From Chloroflexota bacterium (lineage in GTDB: Bacteria; Chloroflexota; UBA11872; VXNJ01): 64,000 bases of DNA. This document shows, piece by piece, positions 31,438 to 41,325 of this stretch (position 1 is its first letter; each line of letters begins with the position of its first letter). The stretch covers positions 64,001 to 128,000 of the forward strand of contig OZ253449.1 in assembly GCA_965261345.1 (NCBI GenBank), read 5' to 3'. Under the pieces are notes generated by a model. The model was not told the DNA's origin. It searched no databases and saw only the letters and a program-made list of their open reading frames with translations. The translations under genes were made by a program, and so were the position numbers.

Positions 31438-31629
31438 TCCCGATTTTGGCAGTCGTAGTCGCACCTAGAAGAGCCCCAAACATTGGAGTCCGAATCAATT
31501 TCGCATTGCCAAGTCGAAATTTACGCCAAACAGATGCAGCGTGTGGCCGGAACATCCGCGTTGTCCCGCACTGCAGATCGCTCCCGACCCTCCCCCACTT
31601 TGCCGAAATTCGATGCGATGAATCTGGTA

Positions 31630-31657
31630 ATTGGAACTAATAAGGGATATGCCTTGT
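31630..31657 (+). other. dif-like site (degenerate right arm)
   Basis: ATTGGAACTAA-TAAGGG-ATATGCCTTGT; left arm nearly identical to the site at 55740. Confidence 0.55.
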
Positions 31658-31760
31658 GGCTGCAACCTGGCTTGTTGTACGATCACTGGTCCGCAGTACC
31701 TGAGGATTCATCTGCCCGTTAATACCCATTGGCAGCCTACTGCGGGATTAGGTCAACCGC

Positions 31761-32741
31761 TCACCACCATCCCGATGCGGACGTTGAGGCCGCCCGGACC
31801 CGTTGCAGCACAAATTGGGTACCGGCCACTATCGTGGCCTGCGGCGCGCCGTCGTCACCGAGAACTGCATCCTGGACTGCCGCCAACTGGTTCAGGACTA
31901 CCCTGCGTTCCTCTTCCTCGAGCGCATTCCAGATTCGGTCACTGGACACCCAGACATACGCAACCCCGCCGATAACCGCGAGCGGCACCAGTACCGGTGC
32001 GCCCACAGTCACACCCGCCAGGCTGGCACCAGCGAGCACGATACCCGAAGCCGCGCAACCGAGGCCCGCCGTGGTGGCCACTGACTGCAGCCCACTTCGT
32101 ACTGCCTCATCGGGCGAAGTTCTTTCGTTTACGACGTCAAGTGTCTTCTCGACTGCTGTCACGGGCAGTTCAAGCAATCCGCCGGCTATGCACCCTTGGC
32201 CCGTTTTGGCCAGCAAAACAAAGCGTCCGGCCTTCAGGCTGGCGCCGGCGTTATGGGCATTTGCGCGTAGCTTTTCTAGGAATTCCATATCCCTGGCGTT
32301 GCGGGCCAGGTTCCAGCGCGGAGATTCGAAGACCAGGTTGTCCAGGTCCGCCGCCAATTGGGGATAGTTCTTCACCGACTGCACGTGGCTGAGGTGCCTG
32401 TTGTCAAGGAATTCCAAGATCGCGTGCTCGCCGGCTCCCCTAATCCCAGGTGGTATTTTCCCGGCCACTTCCAATGCCGACAACGCGCCCGCCGTCGCCC
32501 GGCGGTTCGCCGACGCTGCCCGCAGGGAAAGCCTGATTTTCACGTCATCCATCGTGCCTAAGGTCGATTCAAAGGATTGTTGGCGCAATTGGGCGATGGG
32601 TGCCTGTACGGCCGAAACCACCCGTTGCCACAGCCCGACTTCGGAAGTGTCCTGCTCGGCAGGGGTCGCCGAAGACACGCTTGCCCCCAAAAACAACATC
32701 AATGCCACGACAATGGCCTTCGCGGTGTCTAGCGGATCCAT
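31761..32741 (-). CDS. Exported hypothetical protein with HNH/Tox-GHH-like motif and hydrophobic C-terminal helices
   Basis: Signal peptide; HLSHVQSVKNYPQLAADLDNLVFE; Gly/Ala-rich transmembrane segments. Confidence 0.55.
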   Translation of the reverse strand: MDPLDTAKAIVVALMLFLGASVSSATPAEQDTSEVGLWQRVVSAVQAPIAQLRQQSFESTLGTMDDVKIRLSLRAASANRRATAGALSALEVAGKIPPGIRGAGEHAILEFLDNRHLSHVQSVKNYPQLAADLDNLVFESPRWNLARNARDMEFLEKLRANAHNAGASLKAGRFVLLAKTGQGCIAGGLLELPVTAVEKTLDVVNERTSPDEAVRSGLQSVATTAGLGCAASGIVLAGASLAGVTVGAPVLVPLAVIGGVAYVWVSSDRIWNALEEEERRVVLNQLAAVQDAVLGDDGAPQATIVAGTQFVLQRVRAASTSASGWW

Positions 32742-32964
32742 ATTTGCAAGTTGACCGTTTTTTCAATGTTCGAACGGCATTCACGGGCCGATCGAGCCGT
32801 CGCCACCCTCCAACTAGTCGGCCCGAATCAAACCGGTTAGGGATGTGTGCACTGAGTCGGCCCGGGCAAACAAGGAGGTTAGCGACCGGGGTCACTATAG
32901 TCAGATGGTCGGACGGCAAATGCGCGCGGCCAGGCTCAAAAATCAAACTCCTGAGGCCGCAGTT

Positions 32965-32992
32965 ACCAAAAATTATTGCAATTATGTCGAGC
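32965..32992 (+). other. dif-like site
   Basis: ACCAAAAATTA-TTGCAA-TTATGTCGAGC. Confidence 0.75.
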
Positions 32993-33036
32993 GTGTACGT
33001 GGGTTGCGGCTCACCGACGTGCGCCCAACCGCTGGT

Positions 33037-33251
33037 TCAGCGGGTGTTGAAACCGTCAGGAGTTAATCCGGCTTGATGGATGATGCCGCGTAGCACCCCG
33101 GCGACGATCTAGCAGTGTCGCAGAACTATGGCGGTGCGGATCGAGTCAACGTCAGATTTGGCAAATTTAACGTGGTTGCCCTTTTGGTTGACCACTCGAA
33201 ATCAGGCGGATCGGAGTTCGCGGATGACTTGCCGATCAGTGAACTGCTCAA
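33037..33251 (-). pseudogene. hicA: HicA toxin with internal stops
   Basis: A*FRVVNQKGNHVKF...C*IVAGVLRGIIHQAGL. Confidence 0.7.
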
Positions 33252-33454
33252 CTGGCTTTGACCTCGACTTCTACTTCGTAAATCTGCGGGCGCGAAACGA
33301 CGGTTGGCGGTTCGAAATGAAGCTCGAGGGATTCTTTGAGGTTTTCAAGCGATTCTTCAACGGTGGTGCCTTGGCTGGCGACATCAACACCCAGCGCCTG
33401 CGCCACAAACCATTTGTTTTCTTGGCACACGCCGACGTAGAACTTTTGCTTCAT
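33248..33454 (-). CDS. hicB: HicB-like antitoxin
   Basis: WFVAQALGVDVASQGTTVEESLENLKESLEL. Confidence 0.85.
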   Translation of the reverse strand: MKQKFYVGVCQENKWFVAQALGVDVASQGTTVEESLENLKESLELHFEPPTVVSRPQIYEVEVEVKAS

Positions 33455-33459
33455 TGGCG

Positions 33460-33822
33460 CTACTCCAACACTGCCGGCGGTTCGGAAGGATCCGAGATTG
33501 CCAGCTCAAGCTGAGCGATCAATCCTGGCAAATCCTCCTGGACCGTACTCCAAACTACGTCCAAGTTGATATCGAAATAGGCGTGTACAAGTCGGTTCCG
33601 CATCCCGACTATCCGCTCCCACGGAATCTGCCGCAACTCCCACCGCGTAGGCTCTGTGACCCCAGTCGCCGCTTCACCGACGATTTCTATATCTTTGACC
33701 AACGCAAGCACAAGTTGGCGGTCACGATCAAGGGCTTGGCGAGGCCGATCCCGCGCGAAGGATCGGGCTTCGCGGGCTGCGTCCAGCATATGCCGCAATC
33801 GAATTTGGTCATGCGTGCGCAT
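33460..33822 (-). CDS. hepT: HEPN (DUF86) toxin
   Basis: RLRHMLDA...IEIVGEAA...IPW..IVGMRNRLVHAYFDI. Confidence 0.9.
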   Translation of the reverse strand: MRTHDQIRLRHMLDAAREARSFARDRPRQALDRDRQLVLALVKDIEIVGEAATGVTEPTRWELRQIPWERIVGMRNRLVHAYFDINLDVVWSTVQEDLPGLIAQLELAISDPSEPPAVLE

Positions 33823-34516
33823 ACTGGACTTCAGCATCATCGAGAACTTGCTCGCGGAAGTAGGGACTCAGATCCTCAGGGGTTCGCAGGTCCACTTTGC
33901 GGCCGCCGAACAATCTCGACAAATCGATCTCGATGCCAGCTATTCCTAGCAGGCCCGGTACCCGACCGGGTTGGAACTCCACCAACACGTCGATGTCGCT
34001 TTCCGAGTGGAAATCGTCTCGCAATGCCGACCCGAATATCGCCAGCCGGCGTATCCCGTGCGCTTTGCAAAGCGATGCCAATTCCTTTTTTGCGATTGAC
34101 ACGTTGGAGGCCACTGACGACACGTTTTCCTTAACGGGATGATGGCCGTCAGCAATACTGTCCGGGGTAGGGCGGTCGCTTCTGCCAACTTTTGCATCCA
34201 ACACCGCGGGTTTTACCGATCGTTCAATCGCTTCGCCAGAGTTGATTTCCGCGGTACGCAATTCAAAGGCCTGCTGCAGATTCATCCAAAATTGCGCGGG
34301 CATCCCAAAATATCGGGCCAGCCTAAGGGCGGTGTCGGCGGTAACGCCCCTTTGACCATTCAAGATTGCGGTGATCCGATTCGCAGGAACCCCCAGGGCG
34401 GTGGCCAATGCGGTGGCCGACATCTCCAACTCGCGCAGTTCTTCGCCCAGTATTTCCCCTGGGTGGACTGGGCGCATCCCATTCTTGTAGGTCAATTCCG
34501 AAACCTCACTTGGCAC
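33809..34516 (-). CDS. HigA antitoxin fused in frame to minimal nucleotidyltransferase (MntA)
   Basis: N-terminal PVHPGEIL...DTALRLARYFG; C-terminal IFGSALRDDF..ESDIDVLVEF; internal AAGGA and GTG near 34125. Confidence 0.8.
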   Translation of the reverse strand: MPSEVSELTYKNGMRPVHPGEILGEELRELEMSATALATALGVPANRITAILNGQRGVTADTALRLARYFGMPAQFWMNLQQAFELRTAEINSGEAIERSVKPAVLDAKVGRSDRPTPDSIADGHHPVKENVSSVASNVSIAKKELASLCKAHGIRRLAIFGSALRDDFHSESDIDVLVEFQPGRVPGLLGIAGIEIDLSRLFGGRKVDLRTPEDLSPYFREQVLDDAEVQYAHA

Positions 34517-34578
34517 ATTCAGAGACTGCGATGCTTTCCGGATATGCCACCGCCATTCCGTCGGGTCCGGCCGACGGC

Positions 34579-34606
34579 GGACTTTATTCTAAGCATTATG
34601 TCTTAC
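34579..34606 (+). other. dif-like site
   Basis: GGACTTTATTC-TAAGCA-TTATGTCTTAC. Confidence 0.7.
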
Positions 34607-34736
34607 GTAACGGATAACTGCCAGTGGGCCCGTTTCCTCCAATCCAATCCTTTGCGCCAAGGGTTCGTAATTTATATTGACCCCATTTCGCCCGATGAAT
34701 TCCAGCGGACTATGGGGACAATTCGAGCCTTTGTAG

Positions 34737-34764
34737 GCTGTAGGTACCGATGATTATGGCTTGT
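34737..34764 (+). other. dif-like site (degenerate)
   Basis: GCTGTAGGTAC-CGATGA-TTATGGCTTGT. Confidence 0.5.
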
Positions 34765-34845
34765 GCCCGGGAACCGGCAAGAAACAGCGCGCTTCAAAAA
34801 CTGTCCCAAGACGGCCAGGTTCCACCACTCTCATCACGCCGTCAA

Positions 34846-36261
34846 TTACCCTGGTTGACGAATTCGGCCGCGCCGATTGCGCGAACGCGGCCGCTCGTTG
34901 GGGCTTGACTCGGCAGAGTTCCTTGCGCTCCAGGACCTATGGCGAAACCGAACTCCCAAGCGGCGAGCAATTTCCCGCCACTTTGGCCCATCGTCTTGTG
35001 TGACGAAGGTTACAGCCTTACCCGCTCGGCCCATCCGCCCGGTACGCCCCACCCGGTGCGTAAAAAGCTGTGCCGAATCGGGGAGGTCGAAGTTGATCAC
35101 CTGGCCAATCCCATCAAAATCCAAGCCGCGAGCGGCAACATTGGTGGCTAGCAGAATCGGCGTTTGGCCAGATCGGAAGTTGGCCATTACTCGCTCGCGC
35201 GCTCTTTGACTCAGGTTTCCCTGCAAGGCGCCGACCTGGTAACCCAGTTCGTCGAGTTTGCGGGCCAGCTTCTTAATGCCGTGCTTGGTCCGGCCAAACA
35301 CTATGAGCGACTCACCATCGCGCTCGTCCAGCAGAGTTTGCAGGGCGCTCAATTTTTGGTCACGACCAATCGTGTAGATGAAATGGGTTACGCTGGGTAA
35401 CGCTTGGAGATCTGCATCTACCCTGACTGTGGCTGGATTTTGGAGGTGCTTGGCCGCTGTTCCTGCCACCCAATCTGGCATGGTCGCAGAATAAAGCGCG
35501 GTCTGGCGGTCGGCTGGCGTGCGACTGAGAATCGCCTCTACATCGCGGGCAAATCCCTGGTCCAGCATCTCGTCGGCCTCGTCAAGCACGAAGAATCTGA
35601 CTGCCCGAAGGTCGAGCGTCCCTTGGCGGAGATGATCAAGCGTGCGGCCCGGGGTGCCGACCACGATCTGCGGTCTCCGTCTTAGGGCATTAAATTCCGG
35701 GCGCGCCGAGCGGCCCCCGTACAGCAGCGTCGAACGCAAACGGCGTGGGAGGGCAAACGTGTCAATGACGCTGGCAATTTGAATCGCGAGTTCCCGGGTG
35801 GGGGTGAGAACCAAAGCCTGCACCCCGCGCACGGATGGATCGCAGCACTCAGTTATGGGGAGTGCGAACGCCAAGGTCTTGCCGGATCCGGTTCGTGCCT
35901 GTGCGATGACGTCACGCCCGGCCAGTAACAGCGGAATCGCTTGTTCCTGGATGGGCGTGGGAATTGCAATTTCCATCGACTCAAGGACCGAGTGCGCGGA
36001 CGGGCTCAAACCCATCGCGGCGAACGTTGCCGCGGGTGCGGCACGACCGTTAACGGATGAAGCTGTATCGAATGCCTCAGGCGACGAAATGTTCTCCGGC
36101 GCTGCGCGGCGTAATGCAAAGCACTCCGCGCAGTAAACCGGGCGGCCCGGCCTCGGCCGGAACCGAACGGTCGTCGCGGTGCCGCAATCGGTGCAGACGA
36201 TGGATTGCCGGGATGAGCGCCCCGGCGAGCGAGGCCGCGTGGGGGCGGACACTGGGGACAT
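34846..36261 (-). CDS. DEAD-box RNA helicase with N-terminal CxxC-x17-CxxC zinc ribbon
   Basis: CTDC...VYCAEC; PTPIQ, RTGSGKT, PTRELA, DEAD, SAT, ARGLD, HRVGRTGR. Confidence 0.93.
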   Translation of the reverse strand: MSPVSAPTRPRSPGRSSRQSIVCTDCGTATTVRFRPRPGRPVYCAECFALRRAAPENISSPEAFDTASSVNGRAAPAATFAAMGLSPSAHSVLESMEIAIPTPIQEQAIPLLLAGRDVIAQARTGSGKTLAFALPITECCDPSVRGVQALVLTPTRELAIQIASVIDTFALPRRLRSTLLYGGRSARPEFNALRRRPQIVVGTPGRTLDHLRQGTLDLRAVRFFVLDEADEMLDQGFARDVEAILSRTPADRQTALYSATMPDWVAGTAAKHLQNPATVRVDADLQALPSVTHFIYTIGRDQKLSALQTLLDERDGESLIVFGRTKHGIKKLARKLDELGYQVGALQGNLSQRARERVMANFRSGQTPILLATNVAARGLDFDGIGQVINFDLPDSAQLFTHRVGRTGRMGRAGKAVTFVTQDDGPKWREIARRLGVRFRHRSWSARNSAESSPNERPRSRNRRGRIRQPG

Positions 36262-36847
36262 CTAGAAGCTGCTTCCTAATTGCTTTGAATTTCATGAGTG
36301 ATCAAGCGCGGGGCGCGCGGGCGAAGGATCCAATGGGTGGGATCCAGTACTGATGCCCTTCGAAAACGTCGGCACCGATACGGGCGCGCTGCGATTGAAC
36401 TAACCGGCGAATGCCGGAGGACTTGACGCGGAATGTCACCAAGGCGGTTGCGATTGACAGTTACATCCCCACGCGGCGCAAGGTCGCGGTAGAGACGTCC
36501 AACGACTCTGCAAGCCACAGTTTCAGTCGCTATCGATGACGACGATGCGCGATCGCGGGCTACTTTGACCCAATGCGCAGTAACGAGGGGCTACGGCGCT
36601 AGGATTACTTCCGCTTATCAAGCCATATATGCATGCAGATTGTCGCAGTTTGAAGGCTTACGCGGGAGAACCTCTGTCACGGCGCCCGTTTGCCAACGCC
36701 GAGCAGCGATTCCAGCAACCCCTGCGATCAACGTCATTTGATTTGTCCGGTTCCAAAATCATCGGCGCGTACCAAGCCAAAGTAAACGGCGATGCCCAGG
36801 CAAGAAAAGAGCAGATCAGGGTCAGGAGCTTGTCTGAGCGATTGGAA

Positions 36848-37164
36848 TTGACGGCACCACTGTCCAGCAACGTCTCAACATCGTCCAGTCCCGGGATGCT
36901 ATGGCGCTCATGCAGCAATACCGCCGGCAGCTTCCCGGCATCGGCGATCAATGAGTCGTCGTCGAAGTCGACTTAAAGGCGCTTGGCGGCTAAGCGATGT
37001 TGACTTAACCAGTGCTCCCCAGCTCTGGGTCTTGTGGTTCTCGACCAACCGATTGCCCCAGTGATGAGAAAAACCTTTCTGCTTATTTGAAATCGTTCTG
37101 CTCAAAAAGATTTCGGTGGGTTGGCGTTGGATTGCAAACAATGATTATGTCTAGTATTCCCTGT
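36848..37164 (+). repeat. 317-bp direct repeat copy 1 (IS1380 left-end remnant plus dif-like site)
   Basis: Matches 41326-41642 (offset 4478); reverse strand resembles the IS1380 left end at 49728 (CACCGAAAT...FDDDSLIADAG). Confidence 0.85.
37128..37155 (+). other. dif-like site
   Basis: TGGATTGCAAA-CAATGA-TTATGTCTAGT. Confidence 0.7.
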
Positions 37165-37493
37165 CGTTCGCCACCGGCCCAACGCAAGCAGTTCATCCAC
37201 CGGATACCGGCTCATTCCCAGGTGATGTCATCCTGTCCGCCTCGTAGCTCGCCGCGCGGCATGCGCGCCGCAATTTCAGATCGACCAGAAGATTCCATTC
37301 ATCGCCATCGGTGCCGCCGGCAACTGCCCCGGACGCGAGTTGTCGGAAGCAATCGCCGACGACATCTCTATGTACAACTGCAAAGCAAGCGTCCGGTCGA
37401 CCGGCGCCGGACTACCGAAGATTTTTGCGGCAACAAAACTCGTGCAACTGCGCGGCGGATGCCGAATCAGATTTCCGCAACCGGTTGAGCCTG

Positions 37494-38783
37494 CTAGAAC
37501 CCTTTTTCAGCACACTGGCGATTGATTTCGTCAATGATTTCACATATATGAATCGATTCGGCGATTGTGAACTGAGGCATTTCCTTTAGTCCGGCAGCCA
37601 TGCAGCGGTGTACCGCCTGCGCCTGATAGGTGAAGCCGTGCTGGTTCCCGTGACCCCACGACCAGCCTTTGTAGGAAATCAATTTTTCACCGGTCCAGCG
37701 TGATCCCGACGGCTGGCCCCGATGGATCGGCGCAGGCGTGGGAACCGGGTACTCGAAGCGCTGTACTTGATTAAAGGCACCGCTAGAGGGATTCTGATCC
37801 TGGTTCCAGTGCGTTGGCCGCCAGTCACCAACCCACCCCCTGCTGGACGTATATTCCATCTCGGGCCTGCCTTCGGCTGCGCGATTGCCGCGACGCGGCG
37901 GACGCCCGGTGGCAATGGTCAACGCGGTTGGGTGATGCGCCGGGGATTCGACCGTGATCCGCCCATTGGTGCCCACAAATTGGGTCTCCTCTTTGAACCT
38001 GCCGGTCGACGAGGTAATCACGCCAATGCCTTTCTGCCCGGTGTATTGCAGAACGGCGGCGCTGGGCTGCGCGAGCGCAGTGCCGGCGAAGGAGGTACCT
38101 TGGCCGGATTCAACGCCAGAGTAATCGTGGGGTTGGGGTTTTCTCCCGGCCGCGGCGATAACCGGGAATTCACCCGCACCGAAGCCGGTGACTGCGGGAT
38201 TGAGCGCATAGACTCCATCCGCGTATTCCGATTGCACAACTTTCAATTCCCCGATATCGCCCCGCTCAAGTGCGGCCCTGGCGTGTTCGATGGCCGGAAA
38301 GAAGCGCAGCCACATCCCTTCCCAGCAAACCACACCGGCCTTCTCGGCGGCGGAATATGCTTCTTTTGCCTGTTCCGCAGTTTCAGTAAACGGCTTTTCA
38401 CACAATACGTTCTTACCGGCGGCGATCGCCATCATAAGGTCACGGTAGTGATCCCGGGTTTTGGAAGAGATGTAGACGATATCGACATTGGGGTCATTAC
38501 ACAGCGCTTCATAGGAGTCGTAGGCCGTAGGAATGCCATGAGCGTCGGCGTATGCCCGTGCCCGATCCATATCCCGGGCTGCATTGGCGACTACGGATGC
38601 TCCAGGCACATCCTGTAGTGATTTGACCCAGTCCGATGAAATCGTCGATGCGGTGATGATGCCCCAGCGAAGTTTGTGATGGATTCCATCTTCGTGGGTC
38701 AGTCCAAGACGGATGTCCATGGGGGTATTCATGGGAAACCCGTTGTACATGTACGGGTCCGCGTTGGCGATATCGATGTCCAT
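37494..38783 (-). CDS. Gfo/Idh/MocA oxidoreductase (dihydrodiol dehydrogenase-like)
   Basis: LRWGII...VDIVYI...GKNVLCEKP...EGMWLRFFP. Confidence 0.88.
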   Translation of the reverse strand: MDIDIANADPYMYNGFPMNTPMDIRLGLTHEDGIHHKLRWGIITASTISSDWVKSLQDVPGASVVANAARDMDRARAYADAHGIPTAYDSYEALCNDPNVDIVYISSKTRDHYRDLMMAIAAGKNVLCEKPFTETAEQAKEAYSAAEKAGVVCWEGMWLRFFPAIEHARAALERGDIGELKVVQSEYADGVYALNPAVTGFGAGEFPVIAAAGRKPQPHDYSGVESGQGTSFAGTALAQPSAAVLQYTGQKGIGVITSSTGRFKEETQFVGTNGRITVESPAHHPTALTIATGRPPRRGNRAAEGRPEMEYTSSRGWVGDWRPTHWNQDQNPSSGAFNQVQRFEYPVPTPAPIHRGQPSGSRWTGEKLISYKGWSWGHGNQHGFTYQAQAVHRCMAAGLKEMPQFTIAESIHICEIIDEINRQCAEKGF

Positions 38784-38827
38784 GATGGCTTCTTTCAGTA
38801 GTTGGTGCAATTGCGAGAGTATTGCAC

Positions 38828-40903
38828 CTAGAAACCAGGCCGAAAAGCCCAAAACGCGCGTCGGGGCTCAAACAGATTAGCAATGACCTCGAAGACCTCC
38901 CTGAGGCCGCCAAACCGATTTAGGACACTCTGGATCGATATTTCGTGGGAATTCTGGGCCCATGCAACGATCGCGCCGGCGGCAACCGCATTTTTAAGAC
39001 CCCGCGCCAAATCCCGATTCGCAGGTCCTTCCATTACCGGCGCAGAAGCTACTTCCCGGCCTTCGGCGACCCCGTTCCGATTGCCCTCCATCGCCATCTG
39101 CGCCGCCTCCCGGCCGTTTGCGGCGGCCGCGGTCAGCCCGGCTTCCCGGCCCGGGTCGGTTCCCGAGGGTTTCCTTTTCCACGACTCCCCTTCGGCAAGC
39201 GTTAGGTTGGCCACCGTGGCCGCCATCAGCAGCTGGAACCCGGCAAGTTGCCTGCCAAAGAACCGCGACTGGCGCACGCCCAGCTGGCAGAGCCTGGCCA
39301 GGCGGTGCTCGACGCGGGTTCTAAGGCGCGCGATCTTTAAGCCTTCCTTACTGCGCTGGCGGATGCGGGCCTGCTGCAGCAGGCGTTCCTGGGGATGGAC
39401 GCTGATGCGGCGGTTGGGTTTGGTCGCAGAGCGTATGCAGGATGTCTTGAGTGGACAGGCCGAGCACTGCTCTTTAGCGAAGTGGAAGAGGCCGGCGCGT
39501 GTCTTGGCGCTGCGCCGGGAGCGCGAGCGGCGGTAATCGGAAGTTATCTGCCCGGCTGGGCAGGTGCAGGTTCCCTTTTCCAGATCGATGGCAAAGTCCT
39601 GCTTTACAAAGTAGCGGCTGGCTGGTTTACCCGGCGCCCTGGCGAAGAGGTCGTACCCGGCGTCGGCGAAGTCCTTGCGGGTGTCGCCAGCCCCGTAGGC
39701 GCAGTCGCCGATGACGATCTCGACTTTGGCGGCGGCGTTCTCTTCGGCCTCCCGCACCAGCGCCAGGGCGCCGCAGTTGTCGGGGGCGTTGCCCGGGATC
39801 ACGTCTACCGCGGTTACCAGGCCGGTTGACAAATCTACGGCGATGGCGGCCTTGTGGCCGGCAAAGCGGTTGGTCGAGCTCTTGCGTCCATGGCGCATCT
39901 GCGGATCGTGCGCCGATATGATCCGGTCGCGTCCGCCCCGGACGATCTCCACTTCCTCGCCATCTGCGCCGTCGGCCGAATCCCTGGCCGCGACACCCCT
40001 GTCTCTGACCGCCACCGGGGCGGGATCGACCTCGCCGGCGTCGGTTCCCGCCGGCAGCAGCAGCCGATCGCGGTCGTCGGGAACCGGTTTTGCCGGTTCC
40101 GCGGGGACGCGTTTTACGTCCTGGAGCAGGATCTGCGACAGCAGCTGCGAGCAGGCCAGGATCTTATCGGCGCGCTTATTGTCGGGAGCAGGGGATTCAA
40201 GCGCGCTGCGGGCCCTTGCCAGCAGCGAGTCGGCGTCTCTGACGATCCGCCCCAGGAACCGGCGGCGCTGTTTACGGTCCGGCCAGTCGATGGCGACAGC
40301 GCCCTTCAGGCTCTTGCCGGCATGCAGGTTGTAGCCGTGTTGGCGGGCCCACTCTTTGGGGTCTTGGCCATCCTGTTCGGCCAGGGCGCCGACCAGCAGG
40401 CGGCAGCCGTCCCCGATCAGGTTGTAGGCGTCCCGCACCGCGCCCCTGCCCAGGATGGCGGTGGTATCGATCGCCAGCTTCATGCTCTGGCCCTTGAAGA
40501 AGCCCTTTTTGCGGGCGTGCTGCAGGGAGCGGCGAAATATCCCCCGCGCCCTGCCGTGAACGATCAGCTGCGAGCGAAACAGCTGCAATGTGGACTTGGC
40601 GAACGCGCGTTCTTCCAGCTCGGTCCCCAGCGCCACCTTCCAGCGCAGGTCGTAGTCGGCCCGCTGCTTGGCCTCGTTGTCAGAGACCTTATCGTGGGCC
40701 TGCAGCAGGAGAACGGTGGCCAGCAGCGAGGGCGCCACGCTGGGGCGGCCGTTGTCGGCGCAGTAGAGATCGGCGAAATCTTCGTCTTTGAACAGCTCTC
40801 CCCGCATGCCCGCCAGGCGGCCGTAGAAGGTATCGCGTCCTACGTAGTCAAGGTGCAGGCCGTCGGTCTGGAAGAAGCCCTTTTGGGCATGGGTCCCCAG
40901 CAT
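38828..40903 (-). CDS. IS1182-family transposase
   Basis: LYC..NGRPSV.P..LA..LLLQ, AIDTT, GDCAYG, CTCPAG, CSACPLK..C, R.RVEH. Confidence 0.9.
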   Translation of the reverse strand: MLGTHAQKGFFQTDGLHLDYVGRDTFYGRLAGMRGELFKDEDFADLYCADNGRPSVAPSLLATVLLLQAHDKVSDNEAKQRADYDLRWKVALGTELEERAFAKSTLQLFRSQLIVHGRARGIFRRSLQHARKKGFFKGQSMKLAIDTTAILGRGAVRDAYNLIGDGCRLLVGALAEQDGQDPKEWARQHGYNLHAGKSLKGAVAIDWPDRKQRRRFLGRIVRDADSLLARARSALESPAPDNKRADKILACSQLLSQILLQDVKRVPAEPAKPVPDDRDRLLLPAGTDAGEVDPAPVAVRDRGVAARDSADGADGEEVEIVRGGRDRIISAHDPQMRHGRKSSTNRFAGHKAAIAVDLSTGLVTAVDVIPGNAPDNCGALALVREAEENAAAKVEIVIGDCAYGAGDTRKDFADAGYDLFARAPGKPASRYFVKQDFAIDLEKGTCTCPAGQITSDYRRSRSRRSAKTRAGLFHFAKEQCSACPLKTSCIRSATKPNRRISVHPQERLLQQARIRQRSKEGLKIARLRTRVEHRLARLCQLGVRQSRFFGRQLAGFQLLMAATVANLTLAEGESWKRKPSGTDPGREAGLTAAAANGREAAQMAMEGNRNGVAEGREVASAPVMEGPANRDLARGLKNAVAAGAIVAWAQNSHEISIQSVLNRFGGLREVFEVIANLFEPRRAFWAFRPGF

Positions 40904-41024
40904 GTCTCCACCACCCGGCAATGCTATGTTTTTATCAATGGAAAGGCTCCGCAAGATGCCTGTTGATATTTTATATGTTTGATGACGGATTAGCCCTTTG
41001 TACAGGGGCTTTTCGGCCGGGCTT
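38832..41024 (-). mobile_element. IS1182-family element
   Basis: IRs AAACCAGGCCGAAAAGCCC / AAGCCCGGCCGAAAAGCCC flanked by CTAG on both sides. Confidence 0.85.
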
Positions 41025-41071
41025 CTAGCGTTCAGCGCCTGTGTACCGTGTTGTCGCAGGATTCAGGAAAC

Positions 41072-41099
41072 CATGGGGTACGGCCCATTTATGTCCACG
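41072..41099 (+). other. dif-like site (weaker)
   Basis: CATGGGGTACG-GCCCAT-TTATGTCCACG. Confidence 0.45.
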
Positions 41100-41129
41100 G
41101 AGAGGCACTCGGAGCAGCGGGGGGCTCTT

Positions 41130-41195
41130 TCGGATTCGATCCAGCACCCATCCATTCTTCTCTAGTAACCGAATCGCATCGCGAACTCTCGGCAC
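41130..41195 (-). pseudogene. hicA: hicA 5' fragment
   Basis: VPRVRDAIRLLEKNGWVLDR, near-copy of 1850-1911 including upstream DNA. Confidence 0.7.
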
Positions 41196-41325
41196 TAAGC
41201 ACGCACGTTGGTCATTCTTGATCGATTGGCCGGGCGATTGCAATCCGTCTGTGGGCGGCAACGAATAAGGGCCTGTTGAAACAATCTCGACCTAGACAGG
41301 CCTGAATGCGGTTTCTACCATGGAG

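Noticed and set aside
36965-37010. Reverse-strand TTAAGTC motifs suggesting inverted sites
   Set aside because: They lie within an IS1380 remnant and lack site architecture.
39854-40966. Long antisense ORFs (370 aa here; also 37722-38618, 18307-19077, 31729-32367)
   Set aside because: Shadow frames of GC-rich genes on the opposite strand.
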